Of a DNA stretch of 64,000 nucleotides, positions 10,665-20,611 are shown piece after piece. The stretch lies in NCBI GenBank assembly GCA_004431415.1, contig QPMI01000160.1, positions 62,001-126,000 on the forward strand, read 5' to 3'. Each line of letters opens with the position of its first letter. Position 1 is the first letter of the stretch. The position numbers and the translations under genes were made by a program. This DNA comes from Cyanophora paradoxa CCMP329 (lineage: Eukaryota > Plantae > Glaucophyta). Under the pieces are notes generated by a model, which made no database searches, had not been told where the DNA came from, and saw only the letters and a list, made by a program, of their open reading frames with translations.

Positions 10665-11399
10665 ATGCCCCCCAAACGCAAAATAGGCATCCCTGCTGGG
10701 GCTGTTGGTTATTCAGGTGGTGGTAACAATGGCTCCATTAACACAGACCCGCTTAAATTCAATGGAATGAATGAGATAAAGCCCTCACAACAGCAAGAGG
10801 ATCCCCTTAATGCCGCCTATGAGGAATCCTTTGATGACAAAGCCCCACAGACGTCCACCAGTGATCAGCTCAACATCTCCCCTGAAGCTTCTAAAATGAA
10901 GGCTGTAGGTGAGGGTGCCAGGCGAATTATAGGTGCTGCTGATGATAAAGGTCTTGGGCTCCAAGATCTATCACTCACTCGCAAAGGTGAGGGTCTCAGT
11001 AAAGAATCCGACAAGGTTATCCAGTCTATGGCGGGTGAAGTCACATACAAGACTGCTCCCACCCAGAATATTCATCGAGTTCCCAAGGCTCAATGGGACG
11101 AGATGACTGCCAAGCTTAAAGATCTGGAAGCCAAGTCAAGTGCCTTAGAGCAGTATGTAACTGAGAAGAGAGAGAGATCCAAACTCAAGGAAATGCTTAG
11201 AAAGGAGGTGTTCAAAATGGGGATCACTGGGATTCCAGATAAACAGTTTATTGCCAAGAAAGAGACCCAAATCGATGAGCAAGCTGTTGATGAAATGAAA
11301 ACAAAGACTCAAAAGGGGACTATTGAGCCTGGCGCTACAAAGGCTGAGGTGGACAAAGGTGTAGCTCCCACAGTGTATAAACGACGGGTTTGGCTTTGA
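10665..11399 (+). CDS. Hypothetical K/E-rich coiled-coil protein (possible core/virion protein)
   Basis: 244-aa ORF in operon-like packing, preceded by an AT-rich leader. Confidence 0.7.
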   Translation: MPPKRKIGIPAGAVGYSGGGNNGSINTDPLKFNGMNEIKPSQQQEDPLNAAYEESFDDKAPQTSTSDQLNISPEASKMKAVGEGARRIIGAADDKGLGLQDLSLTRKGEGLSKESDKVIQSMAGEVTYKTAPTQNIHRVPKAQWDEMTAKLKDLEAKSSALEQYVTEKRERSKLKEMLRKEVFKMGITGIPDKQFIAKKETQIDEQAVDEMKTKTQKGTIEPGATKAEVDKGVAPTVYKRRVWL

Positions 11400-11424
11400 A
11401 AGCGTTTTTCTATAGATATTATAA

Positions 11425-11655
11425 ATGGAGGACACCATTAGTCTGGTGGAGTTCACTGTCGATAGCCCTGTGACTGAGAGTTATATTAAAAACGCTTTAG
11501 CAAACCAAAAAAGATACAGGGAAGACCCAAAATATAGAGAGTTTAAGAAACAGCAAGCCTTGGCATCATATTATCGCCGAAAGGCACAAAAAGAAGCAGT
11601 GAGGCCCATAGGGAGGCCAATTAAATATTATCAGACTACTGAGAGCAGCAACTGA
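11425..11655 (+). CDS. Small basic putative DNA-binding protein
   Basis: Preceded by CTATAG. Basic helix plus GRP motif. Similar to the 16593-16784 product. Confidence 0.6.
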   Translation: MEDTISLVEFTVDSPVTESYIKNALANQKRYREDPKYREFKKQQALASYYRRKAQKEAVRPIGRPIKYYQTTESSN

Positions 11656-11680
11656 GTTATTTTGTCTCGTTAATAGTAAG

Positions 11681-11827
11681 ATGTGGCAATGGCTCCAACA
11701 ATTGCTGGATATGTTTCATATACATGTGACCAGCAATTATAAATGTAGCTGTTGCGATACTACTATTGACGTCAGCATTGGATCTTCCTCCCAAGTGGAT
11801 CCAGGAGGAACTCTTTGGATGTGGTGA
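11681..11827 (+). CDS. 48-aa ORF with CSCC motif (below ORF-track cutoff)
   Basis: MWQWLQQLLDMFHIHVTSNYKCSCCD..., preceded by TAATAG like neighbouring genes. Confidence 0.4.
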   Translation: MWQWLQQLLDMFHIHVTSNYKCSCCDTTIDVSIGSSSQVDPGGTLWMW

Positions 11828-12077
11828 TGGGCAGGGCTGGCTCGCATGAGGGCAAAGGGAAAGTTTGGAGCCTATTGGAGAGGTGAATGGCGCGGAATTG
11901 GTTGAGGCTGTAAATAACGCATTGGATGAGTACCAAGGGCAGCTACATGTTCAGGTTAGGCCTTCAACACCTGAAAGGGGGAACGTTTACGCATATGGGA
12001 TCACTATAGGGAGGCTCAAGACGCTTTCAGCGACGCGGTGATCAGGGCATACCATTTAAGGGAGCAGGTTGAACACA

Positions 12078-12314
12078 TCACTGGCCATCAGGGAAGGTAT
12101 TAATCTCGTTTCCAAGCATGAGAAGGTCGTTTGATATTTTTTGTAAGGCTGCTTTAATGTGTGGAGACAAAGGAGCTATGCGGTGTCCAAGGTTGTACAG
12201 TTCTATAGAGAGGCGATGTATGGAGTTACTCAGTTCTGAGCTTGGAGACGTCAGCGCCAAATATGAGAGTTCAAAGGACACCTCTACAAGGCGAGTATGG
12301 ATGGGAGTTGTCAT
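12078..12314 (-). CDS. Hypothetical protein
   Basis: 78-aa helical-looking ORF with an AT-rich leader. Confidence 0.45.
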   Translation of the reverse strand: MTTPIHTRLVEVSFELSYLALTSPSSELSNSIHRLSIELYNLGHRIAPLSPHIKAALQKISNDLLMLGNEINTFPDGQ

Positions 12315-12650
12315 AATAATCTACTTTTAGGCAGCATAAAAATGCGAAAGGGGCGGCTCTGCGTAGAGCTTGATGAGAGCTTCACAGGAAAAAAAAGAGC
12401 GCTCAAAACGGCCAATCTGGTGCCGAGATATTCGCGTTTGAAGTTCCTTAAGTGGCTCTAATTGAAAGTTTTAGAAACATTCTTATAGAGCTCTATAAGG
12501 AAAAAGCCGCCTACTGCTGTACGGTAGGCATGCGGGCTCTACCGGTAGGACAGTAGGCAGGGCCCTACTGTCCTACCGCCGGCGGCCTGTGCCTACCGGT
12601 CTGCGGTAGACACGCGGGCTCGCCTACCACTGCGGTAGGCTGGCTCATAT

Positions 12651-13298
12651 ATATGTATATGATATATATGAAAAAAAACAAGTTTTGGTAAAAACCACAG
12701 CGCCGTGATCGCCATGACGCGGCGAGTCCGAAAAGCTATGATATATATATATATGTCATGTGACATCATAATATATCATATACATATATCATTATGGTAT
12801 ATACAAGTCGCTCAAATTTAAGTCTTATAAGGTCTTATAAGAGTTGTCTTATAGAATTCTTTTCTAAAATCTTATATGGTCTTATAAGATTTAATGTGCG
12901 TACTTTAGCTGGTACGCAGGCCAGTGTGCGTACCGTAGCGCAGTACGCAAGCCACTGTGCGTACCGTAGCGCAGTACGCAGGCCACTGTGCGTACCGTAG
13001 CTCAGTACGCAGCCCACTGTGCGTACCGTAGCGCAGTACGCAAGCCACTGTGCGTACCGTAGCGCAGTACGCAAGCCACTGTGCGTACCGTAGCGCAGTA
13101 CGCAGGCCCCTGTGCGTACCGTGGCTCAGTACGCGCGAACGTACATATGTATATGATATATATGAAAAAAAAACAAGTTTTGGTAAAAACTATAGCGCCG
13201 TGATCGCCATGACGCGGCGATTCCGGAAAGCTATGTTATATATATATGTCATGTGACATCATAATATATCATATACATATATCATTATGGTATATACA
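12651..13298. repeat. Two ~155-bp AT-rich direct repeats (12651-12805, 13145-13298) enclosing a 31-bp palindromic tandem array
   Basis: The two units are near identical. GCCACTGTGCGTACCGTAGCGCAGTACGCAA occurs ~7.5 times at 12894-13134. Confidence 0.93.
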
Positions 13299-13474
13299 TT
13301 TGGTATATGCGAAACTGAAAATATTCGTAGCTCGTCACCAGATCATCGTAAGGCTATGATGTTGGAGTCTATAAATATCTACTTTTTACGAGAAATCCAA
13401 CGGTGATAGCGGCAAGGAGTGAATCGGTGATGGTGAAAAGGTTGTCTCTGGATGTTTCAATCTGCTTCTCAATT

Positions 13475-13735
13475 TCAATTTGTTCCAAGAGCTGCCCTCT
13501 TTTTTATTTCGAGCAGCTTTTTCATGATATATTTGTCATCTTCTTCCAAGAGAGGATGTTTTTCCTGTGCTGCTCTTGGTCTGTTTTCCAGATCTTCTTT
13601 AAGCTCATGGAGTGTGTGGAGTAAAAATCTCTTTCTTTTGTCATTCTCATCCATCTCATTCACAATTCGCTCTGTCTCTCCATAGCGTTTCTGTAACTTC
13701 ATTTCCTGCCTTTTATTACAGCTGTCCATTGACAT
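13475..13735 (-). CDS. Hypothetical charged coiled-coil protein
   Basis: 86-aa K/E-rich ORF. Confidence 0.5.
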   Translation of the reverse strand: MSMDSCNKRQEMKLQKRYGETERIVNEMDENDKRKRFLLHTLHELKEDLENRPRAAQEKHPLLEEDDKYIMKKLLEIKKRAALGTN

Positions 13736-13771
13736 CTTGATTCCCTTTAAACAATTATGGTGTTCTATTCT

Positions 13772-13971
13772 TTAAGTGGTGGGAGGGTGAATGGGGTGAA
13801 TGGCAGGGTGAATGGGGTGAATGGCAGGGTGAATGGGGTGAACGGGTTATGTGTAAACTTTCTTAGGAAAACCCCCTCTCATGGGGATTTATACATATAA
13901 CCCGTTCACCCCGTTCACCCCGTTCACCCCGTTCACCCCGTTCACCCCATTCACCCCATTCATCCACTTAA
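13772..13971. promoter_or_regulatory. Iteron-bearing ~200-bp palindrome A (candidate replication origin/crr)
   Basis: GGGTGAA(T/C) 9-mers on the left arm and GTTCACCCC/ATTCACCCC on the right arm around an AT-rich core, with outer TTAAGTGG/CCACTTAA. Lies just downstream of the primase-helicase stop. Confidence 0.6.
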
Positions 13972-14025
13972 CCACTCTTTCTTAAAAACATAAAATGCTT
14001 TTCTCAGAATATTTACTACTTTCAA

Positions 14026-16488
14026 TCAATCACTGTCACTTTCAATCCCCATCTTTGCCTTGATTCCAACATAATGCCAGAGCCTTACTTTCCCAATCTG
14101 TTTCTTAGGAATCCCATTGATCACAGTCATAGCTGTTCCAAAGGCTGTTTGGCTCATTTCTTTATCCACTCTGGAATACTCTTTGAATAGATCAGCTGCT
14201 TTGATGACGTCACTGCTGCTGTGGGTGATTTCAAAGTTTGCCTGAAGCCATGTCAGCACTGGGTTGTTTTCAGTGATATATTCCTTGCTGGCCTCTTTGA
14301 CAGATTCAGGCACTGGGATGAAGCCCATGGCGCCCACCTCAGTGGTGTATGTGTCAATGAGCAGCCTCATGAAAGCCTGAGCATATCTCTCATCATCTCT
14401 AATTCTGCCCATCAGGCTGGGGTCTGCCTTCTTTTGGCCTTGAATGGGATTCTCTTTGAACTGGTATTCAAAATGGGACACATGGAGGCGCCTTTGGATG
14501 CCTCCATCCAACTTGGAGAGCTTTGGAATATCATTTGTCAGCAGGAAGGGAATGAATTGAGGAGTGAATGTGATGGGGTTAGCATGTAATAAACGAGCAA
14601 CAAGTTTCTCACCTCCAGTGATCTCCTTGATTTTGCCCACCTGAAGCTTGTCACTGGCTTCAGGCTCATTGGAGAAGATGATCCTCACACCCTTTTTGTC
14701 AGCCAGCTCAGGCACAGGGGCGCCAGACCTTGGTTTCCCACTGACCCAGTAGGAGCTGTCAAGGGGATGGGCATAATCACCCAGAGCCTTGAGAACCAAC
14801 TCTTGGAGTGTAGATTTGCCATTGGAGCCAGTGCCTGTCCAGATGTGGAAGCGCTGGTCTTTGTTGCCCTTCCCAGAGAGGGCACCTGCCAATGTCCTCA
14901 CAAGGAATTTGCCAGTCTCTTGATCTTTGAATGGCTCATATACAATTTTCTTGATTTCTTCCATGACATTCCCATCAATCATAGGGGCATATGGATAGCC
15001 ACAAGTCCTACTGACATACTCATCAGCTTTGGCTGGGCGAAAGACCTTATTTTGAAGGTCATAGACTCCATTGGTAAACCCAATCAGCTCCTTAGATTCA
15101 TCCATACTGGCAGCTATTTCAGTGTCAGCAAAGAGAGCCTTTGCTTCCTTGATGATGGAATCTTTGAAACCACACTTAAGGAGCTGCTTGGAAATTTCAA
15201 GGCATTTCTTGGCATTCTCCTCATACTTTGAGCTTTCATCTGGATCAGCAGCAGCTGAACGAGTGTTTTCCATTGCCTCCTTCATAAAAAGCTTCATGAC
15301 ATCAGTGGAAAGCACTTTGCGCAGTGTATGGGGTTCCTTTTCAGCTCTCCACAGTCCAGTGAGCTTATTCCTGACATACCAGATGTCTTTTTGATTGGCA
15401 TCATAGCGGAATTGGTCTTTTTGTGTGTGGTACAGGACTTCAGCCACATTGTAATGACCCCCATTTGAAGCAATGGCATTTTTAATGGCCTGCTTGAGGT
15501 CTCCCTTATTGGTAAACAGCTGAATATATAGATCCAGATTATCAGCTTTGAGCCAATAGACAAGAGAAGCATATGCCAATGGCTTTACTGAGCTACCTTT
15601 TTGGAAGCTCTGCCAAGCCTTGTCACACGCCTCAGCCCTATACTTGCTGCTCTGTTGGCTGAATTTGTGCCAGATGGCCAGTACTTTGTCTTCAGGCATT
15701 TTCTTGTCTTTCATAGTGCTTGTCAGGGCCAAGCCAACATTAATCCAGTCAGCATAGCCATCAGCTCGTTTTTCACTGAGTCCCATCACAAGCTTTTCCA
15801 GCTCATCACTGGTGATGATTTCGCTGGAATACTCATTATTTTTGGGCAGCTCCTGGGCAGGCTCCTCCTTCTCTGGAAGAGTGAGCAGGGCCTCCTTGCC
15901 AGTGAGAAGCTGGACAAAGAAATCAGTGTCCTCATGGGATGTTAGCTTGGTGAACACAGTGTCCCAGCAAGGTTCCTCATAGGTGCTGCTCTTGTCAGCA
16001 AGAGCCTTCTCTTTACAGCAACCAAGGCACACAAGCGCCCTGTTGTTGTTGTAAACAGATGGATCATAGTCCTCATGAGGCTTGAGCCCAGCCCCCTCAA
16101 GGAAAACAGGGAAATCCCTGTAGATGCCATGAAGGGTGGTACATACCATGTGGGCACTCACTTTGTAGCATGGATCCTGTGTGTCTTTTTTGATCAGCAG
16201 CCTTGATCTGGTGGAGATGGCAATGGTGCTGATGTGGACACCAAGTGCCTTGGCCAGCTTTTCAGCCTTGGAATTGATAAGCTCAAGTCCCTCATCATCA
16301 ACCTCATCAACAGGCAGAACCTGTTCGAAATCAATGTAGAGCTTGGTGAATTTATGGCCACTCAAGTACTCAGCCATGTGCCTGTTGCCTGAAGCAATCC
16401 TCTGGAGTGCCTCAGTGACCCTGATAGTCACAGTGCTGGCTTCGCGACTGCCAATGATGCTTGTTAGGAAGGTGCCAGTGGATGTCAT
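14026..16488 (-). CDS. D5/P4-family primase-helicase (AEP + PriCT-2 + D5_N + SF3 helicase)
   Basis: LYIDFE, SAHMV, DPSVY (AEP); RADGYADWINVGLAL and FSQQSSKY (PriCT-2); IGFTNGVYDL (D5_N); GTGSNGKST Walker A; IKEITGGE; DGGIQRRL. Confidence 0.93.
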   Translation of the reverse strand: MTSTGTFLTSIIGSREASTVTIRVTEALQRIASGNRHMAEYLSGHKFTKLYIDFEQVLPVDEVDDEGLELINSKAEKLAKALGVHISTIAISTRSRLLIKKDTQDPCYKVSAHMVCTTLHGIYRDFPVFLEGAGLKPHEDYDPSVYNNNRALVCLGCCKEKALADKSSTYEEPCWDTVFTKLTSHEDTDFFVQLLTGKEALLTLPEKEEPAQELPKNNEYSSEIITSDELEKLVMGLSEKRADGYADWINVGLALTSTMKDKKMPEDKVLAIWHKFSQQSSKYRAEACDKAWQSFQKGSSVKPLAYASLVYWLKADNLDLYIQLFTNKGDLKQAIKNAIASNGGHYNVAEVLYHTQKDQFRYDANQKDIWYVRNKLTGLWRAEKEPHTLRKVLSTDVMKLFMKEAMENTRSAAADPDESSKYEENAKKCLEISKQLLKCGFKDSIIKEAKALFADTEIAASMDESKELIGFTNGVYDLQNKVFRPAKADEYVSRTCGYPYAPMIDGNVMEEIKKIVYEPFKDQETGKFLVRTLAGALSGKGNKDQRFHIWTGTGSNGKSTLQELVLKALGDYAHPLDSSYWVSGKPRSGAPVPELADKKGVRIIFSNEPEASDKLQVGKIKEITGGEKLVARLLHANPITFTPQFIPFLLTNDIPKLSKLDGGIQRRLHVSHFEYQFKENPIQGQKKADPSLMGRIRDDERYAQAFMRLLIDTYTTEVGAMGFIPVPESVKEASKEYITENNPVLTWLQANFEITHSSSDVIKAADLFKEYSRVDKEMSQTAFGTAMTVINGIPKKQIGKVRLWHYVGIKAKMGIESDSD

Positions 16489-16592
16489 TCTACTATAGGA
16501 TGAGAAAATAATTTGATGATTCTATAAACACCCTTGTCCTTAAGTAGTTTATAGAATCATTAAATAAAACAATCAATTTTTCGCGACCCCCC

Positions 16593-16784
16593 TCAATACA
16601 CCACTGTCCTTGGTCTGCCAACAAGGCACCTCCTTTCATCAAAGAGGTACCTCACACAGGGAAGGGGGTCACCCTTGTAGTATCTGCTCCTTAGACTATT
16701 AAGCTTCATTCTCTCACGGAAAGCAGGATCTTGAGCACGGCGACGAGTCACATAGGCAATTTGAGATGCCGCATGGTATGCCAT
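16593..16784 (-). CDS. Small basic protein, putative paralogue of 11425-11655
   Basis: DPAFRERMK...SRYY...GRP pattern; upstream CCTATAG. Confidence 0.55.
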   Translation of the reverse strand: MAYHAASQIAYVTRRRAQDPAFRERMKLNSLRSRYYKGDPLPCVRYLFDERRCLVGRPRTVVY

Positions 16785-16839
16785 TTTAGTTCTTGTTCCT
16801 CTACACTATAGGTAAGATTTTATTCTTTAAATGCTGATT

Positions 16840-17412
16840 CTATTCGGTATTTTGTGCCTCGGGCTTAATCTCATTGAGAGCGGCAAAGTCTCCATAGTGT
16901 TCAATTGCCGCCTGATTGTAGGCATGAGCGGCTAAGGCTTCATTTTTGTAATACCCCAAAGAGAGCCTTTTGTCATTAATTGTAATCTGAGCACACCATT
17001 TACCCTCTCGTTTCTTGAAAGAAACACCTTTATATTGACTGCTTGTATTGCTGCTTTTACTCCTATTCCTATTATTCTCAAAAGGATAGCATACCCTCAG
17101 ATTACACTTCCTGTTGTCCAATTTATCTCTGCTCACATGGTCGACAACCAACCCTTCTTTCAGTTCATTTGTCATTATCAATCGATGAGCATACAATACC
17201 AACCATTTCCCTTCATCTCGCTTTACACTTGTCTTAGCATAACCATCCCCATCCAAACACCAGTTATATCTCATCATTGTAGGAGCATCTTCGATATCAC
17301 ATATCATATACTGGCCCCTTCCTTTGGCCCCTCCAAGTGGAACGTAGAAATATTTCATGGAGTCCACGTCGTCAAACTTGGTTTCAACAAAATCCTGATC
17401 AAAGGTTTCCAT
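16840..17412 (-). CDS. HNH endonuclease with C-terminal AP2 DNA-binding domain
   Basis: HRLIM, VVDHVSRDKLDNRKCNLR (HNH); SQYKGVS, WCAQI, LGYY, AAHAYNQAA (AP2). Start at METFD (17412) preferred. Confidence 0.9.
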   Translation of the reverse strand: METFDQDFVETKFDDVDSMKYFYVPLGGAKGRGQYMICDIEDAPTMMRYNWCLDGDGYAKTSVKRDEGKWLVLYAHRLIMTNELKEGLVVDHVSRDKLDNRKCNLRVCYPFENNRNRSKSSNTSSQYKGVSFKKREGKWCAQITINDKRLSLGYYKNEALAAHAYNQAAIEHYGDFAALNEIKPEAQNTE

Positions 17413-17507
17413 TTTTCGTCTACAATAGACACACAAAATAATCTTCCAAATTCTACGCGGCATTTAAAGATTATTTTCGTACCTATATATAAGTACAACC
17501 CCCAACC

Positions 17508-20500
17508 ATGCCCCGCCCCAGCCACTACCAAATTAAGGAGCTTCAGGACAAGATTCTTGGAATCTGGCGTTCCTACTGGCCAACCACTCGATCAGTGAAA
17601 GTGAATATGAATCATACATAGGGCAAACCAACAAAAAGCTCAAAGGATTACAAGCACTCAATCGAGAACTATTAGGGAAAATCGACGCCCTTGATGAGAC
17701 TGATCGCCTTGGCCAAATCCAAGTCGAACAGACCACCACAACTCAAGTCAGAGGAGATGAATACACAGCTCTAATTAATGAGCATCGCGCTCTAAATAAT
17801 AAATACATTGATTTCACAATCAGAGCTCAGCACCAGATCCTGACCACCCAAGAATTTATTGACACCTACTCTGAGGAACTCCACACAAGGCTCCAAGATG
17901 CCATCAATTCCCAGATGTCGATTAAAACTCGCTTTACATTTGTCTGTCGCTTTTCAAAAGCAAACAATTCGAGAGATTTTATTACCAAGCACATTTACAG
18001 CACCTATGCTATCATGACAAGATCTCGAATCCTCACAAAAGAGACAGCTAAACTTGCCAAGGAATGCCAGTCGCAAATTAATGTCACAGATAGCTACAGA
18101 TTAGATAGCATCCAAGCCCTCAGGGTCATTGTTCTCTCCTTTAAGCCAATCTCAGGAGGTGCTTTTATCCCACTCCCAGAGTGGCTCAAAAATAAACGAG
18201 CCATTGTCAATGTCAACAACAAGGACAATAGATGCTTTGAGTATGCTATCCTTTCTTATATTCACAAGGACGAAGTAAATAGCCACAAGCGTAATGAGAC
18301 TTCCCAATATAGGAGGTGGTTCAAAAAAGAACTAAATTTCGAGGGCATTGACTTTCCTGTAAAGGCAGATGCTGATACTATCGATCTCTTCGAAAATCTC
18401 AATCCAGCAATCTCTGTTAATATTTACGACCCTCTAACTCTACAGAAGAAATTAATCTACTCCACAACAGCTCCTCAAGGAACAGGAAACACCAAGTGGA
18501 TCTGCTGCTAATTACAGACGCAAATGGTAACAGTCATTATACCACAATATTCAGCATGTCCAGACTCTTAGCTAAGAATGATAAGCAGCGACTCCATTTC
18601 TGTAAAACCTGTTCCAACCACTTCAAGACTGAGGAGAAGCTTCAATCCACAATCAAAGCAAACGTTGTGTGGATTGGAAGACAAGTGCTGGAGAGACTCC
18701 AAAACAACCCACATTCATTGAATTTGGTCTTAAACATCTCTCAAAGACTGTATTCCTCCCAGTGATTGCCTATTGCTATTTCGATTTTGAAACAGATCAA
18801 GAAGGTATGTTCAAGATCAAATCAATCTCACTGACAGCTCTTCATAATAATAGAGTAGTACTCACTAAAACCCACTCCAGCATCTACGAGCTTTTATCTA
18901 CACTCGACAAAGCAGCCCCAGAGCTATTTAAAGCCCTATTTACCAACGTCCCAATGTCACTGACCAAAGAGCAGAAACGTACCCATTACCTTGCTAAAAC
19001 CTGCTACATCTGTGAGGGTACGTTTTCCCAAGACAATTATAAAGTCCGCGATCATGACCATCAAACAGGCGATTTTGTAGGCTCAGCCTGTCGCAAATGT
19101 AATCTTCACAGACGCACCAGCAATCTCACCAAGATTCCCATAGTGACCAATGATCTGTCCCTATCTGGAACGCAGATATTCAAGGCAGTCGCCTTAAATC
19201 CCGAAAAAAGGGTGGAAGTCCTCGCGAAATCGTTTGACAACTACATGTCGATCACATTGGGGTGCTTTAAGTTCATTGACATCAAAAACTTTATTGATTA
19301 TGGTGTCCAGAACGTGGAAGGATTAATGGAAAAGTTCCAGCTATTTCGCCAGAAATCCCACAAGACCTATGGAATGGATGCTGCCCACTATGTCTCAAGT
19401 CCTGGCCTTTCGTGGGACAGCATGCTATCGATCACCAAGCCCAAAATCGAACTCCTCTCCAACCTTGATATGTACAACATGATTGAAGGCATGATCAGGG
19501 GAGGCCTTTCGATTATGAATCATAAATATGCCAGAGCTGAAAATGACAGCCACATTATCTATTTGGACGCCAATAACCTATATGGATATGCCCTGTCCCA
19601 AAAGCTACCCCTGTCTAATTTCCAATGGCACCCAGAACCCTCAAATTACGACCTGTCATCAGCAGGTGGTGCTGTACTGGAGGTGGACATTCATTATCCC
19701 CAGCACCTCCATGAACTCCACAAAGAACTGCCTCTTGTCATCAGGAGAACAGAAGATGGGCTACAAGCAGCCTGCCAAGACATTTCCAACTACGTAATAT
19801 CAAAACCATTGCTCCAATTCATGGTAGCACAAGGCTTAAAGGTCACCAAAATCCACAGGGTGCTGACATTTACTCAGGCTGCTTTCATGAAGCCCTACGT
19901 CAAATCTAATGCCCAAAACCGCAGAGAAGCCGCCTCCAAACCCGAAAAGGACTTCTTTAAAATCATGAACAACAGCCTTTTCGGCAAAACCATTGAGAAA
20001 GTGAGGGGAAGGTCGAATGTCAAGATTGCCACCAACGAAAAGCAATTTATGAAATATGCCAGATCCCCACTTCTCAAAGCCGAAACCAGGCTTAGTGATT
20101 CAGCAGTAGCCTTCGAAATGCTACAGAAAGACGTCAAGCTGGACAAGCCCATAGCAATTGGGGCAGTTGTTTTAGATCTTGCCAAGCTACGCCTATTTGA
20201 TTATTATTATAGCACCATCAAGCGCAAGTGGCCAGACTGTAAGCTACTATTTACTGATACGGATTCTTTCTGCCTTTCAATAAATTCCACAACCATCCAA
20301 CAGGATCTACAAGACATTGACACACACCCCACAGAGCTTGGGAAGTTCAAAAATGAGTTTGAGGGCAGAACCATTACAGAATATGCTGGTGTGAGGCCGA
20401 AATGCTACAGCATTAAAACAGATGATGAGGAAATCAAAAAGCTGGCTGGTGTTTGTAAGGAGACCATTCAAACAGATCTGTCTTTCCAAGATTATAAAGA

Positions 20501-20600
20501 CCATGTGCTCCACCAAAAACCCAAGCAAATCGAAATGACTGTCCAAAAGAAGCTTGAAAATGAGACCTTCAATGTGAAGATGTCAAAGATTGCTTTCTAA
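17508..20600 (+). CDS. Protein-primed family B DNA polymerase (pPolB), ~1030 aa, with three apparent -1 indels
   Basis: FIPLPEWLKNKRAIVNV...DNRCFEYAI; endonuclease VII-like CYIC...RDHDHQTG...ACRKCN; polymerase motifs YLDANNLYG, KIMNNSLFGKT, FTDTDS. Frames join by adding one base near 17578, 18431 and 18648. Confidence 0.9.
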
Positions 20601-20611
20601 TCTCAATATAG

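Noticed and set aside
12651-12805. Hammerhead ribozyme in the 155-bp repeat
   Set aside because: No CTGANGA core found on either strand.
12894-13134. CRISPR-like 31-bp palindromic repeats
   Set aside because: No unique spacers and no cas genes; a tandem array.
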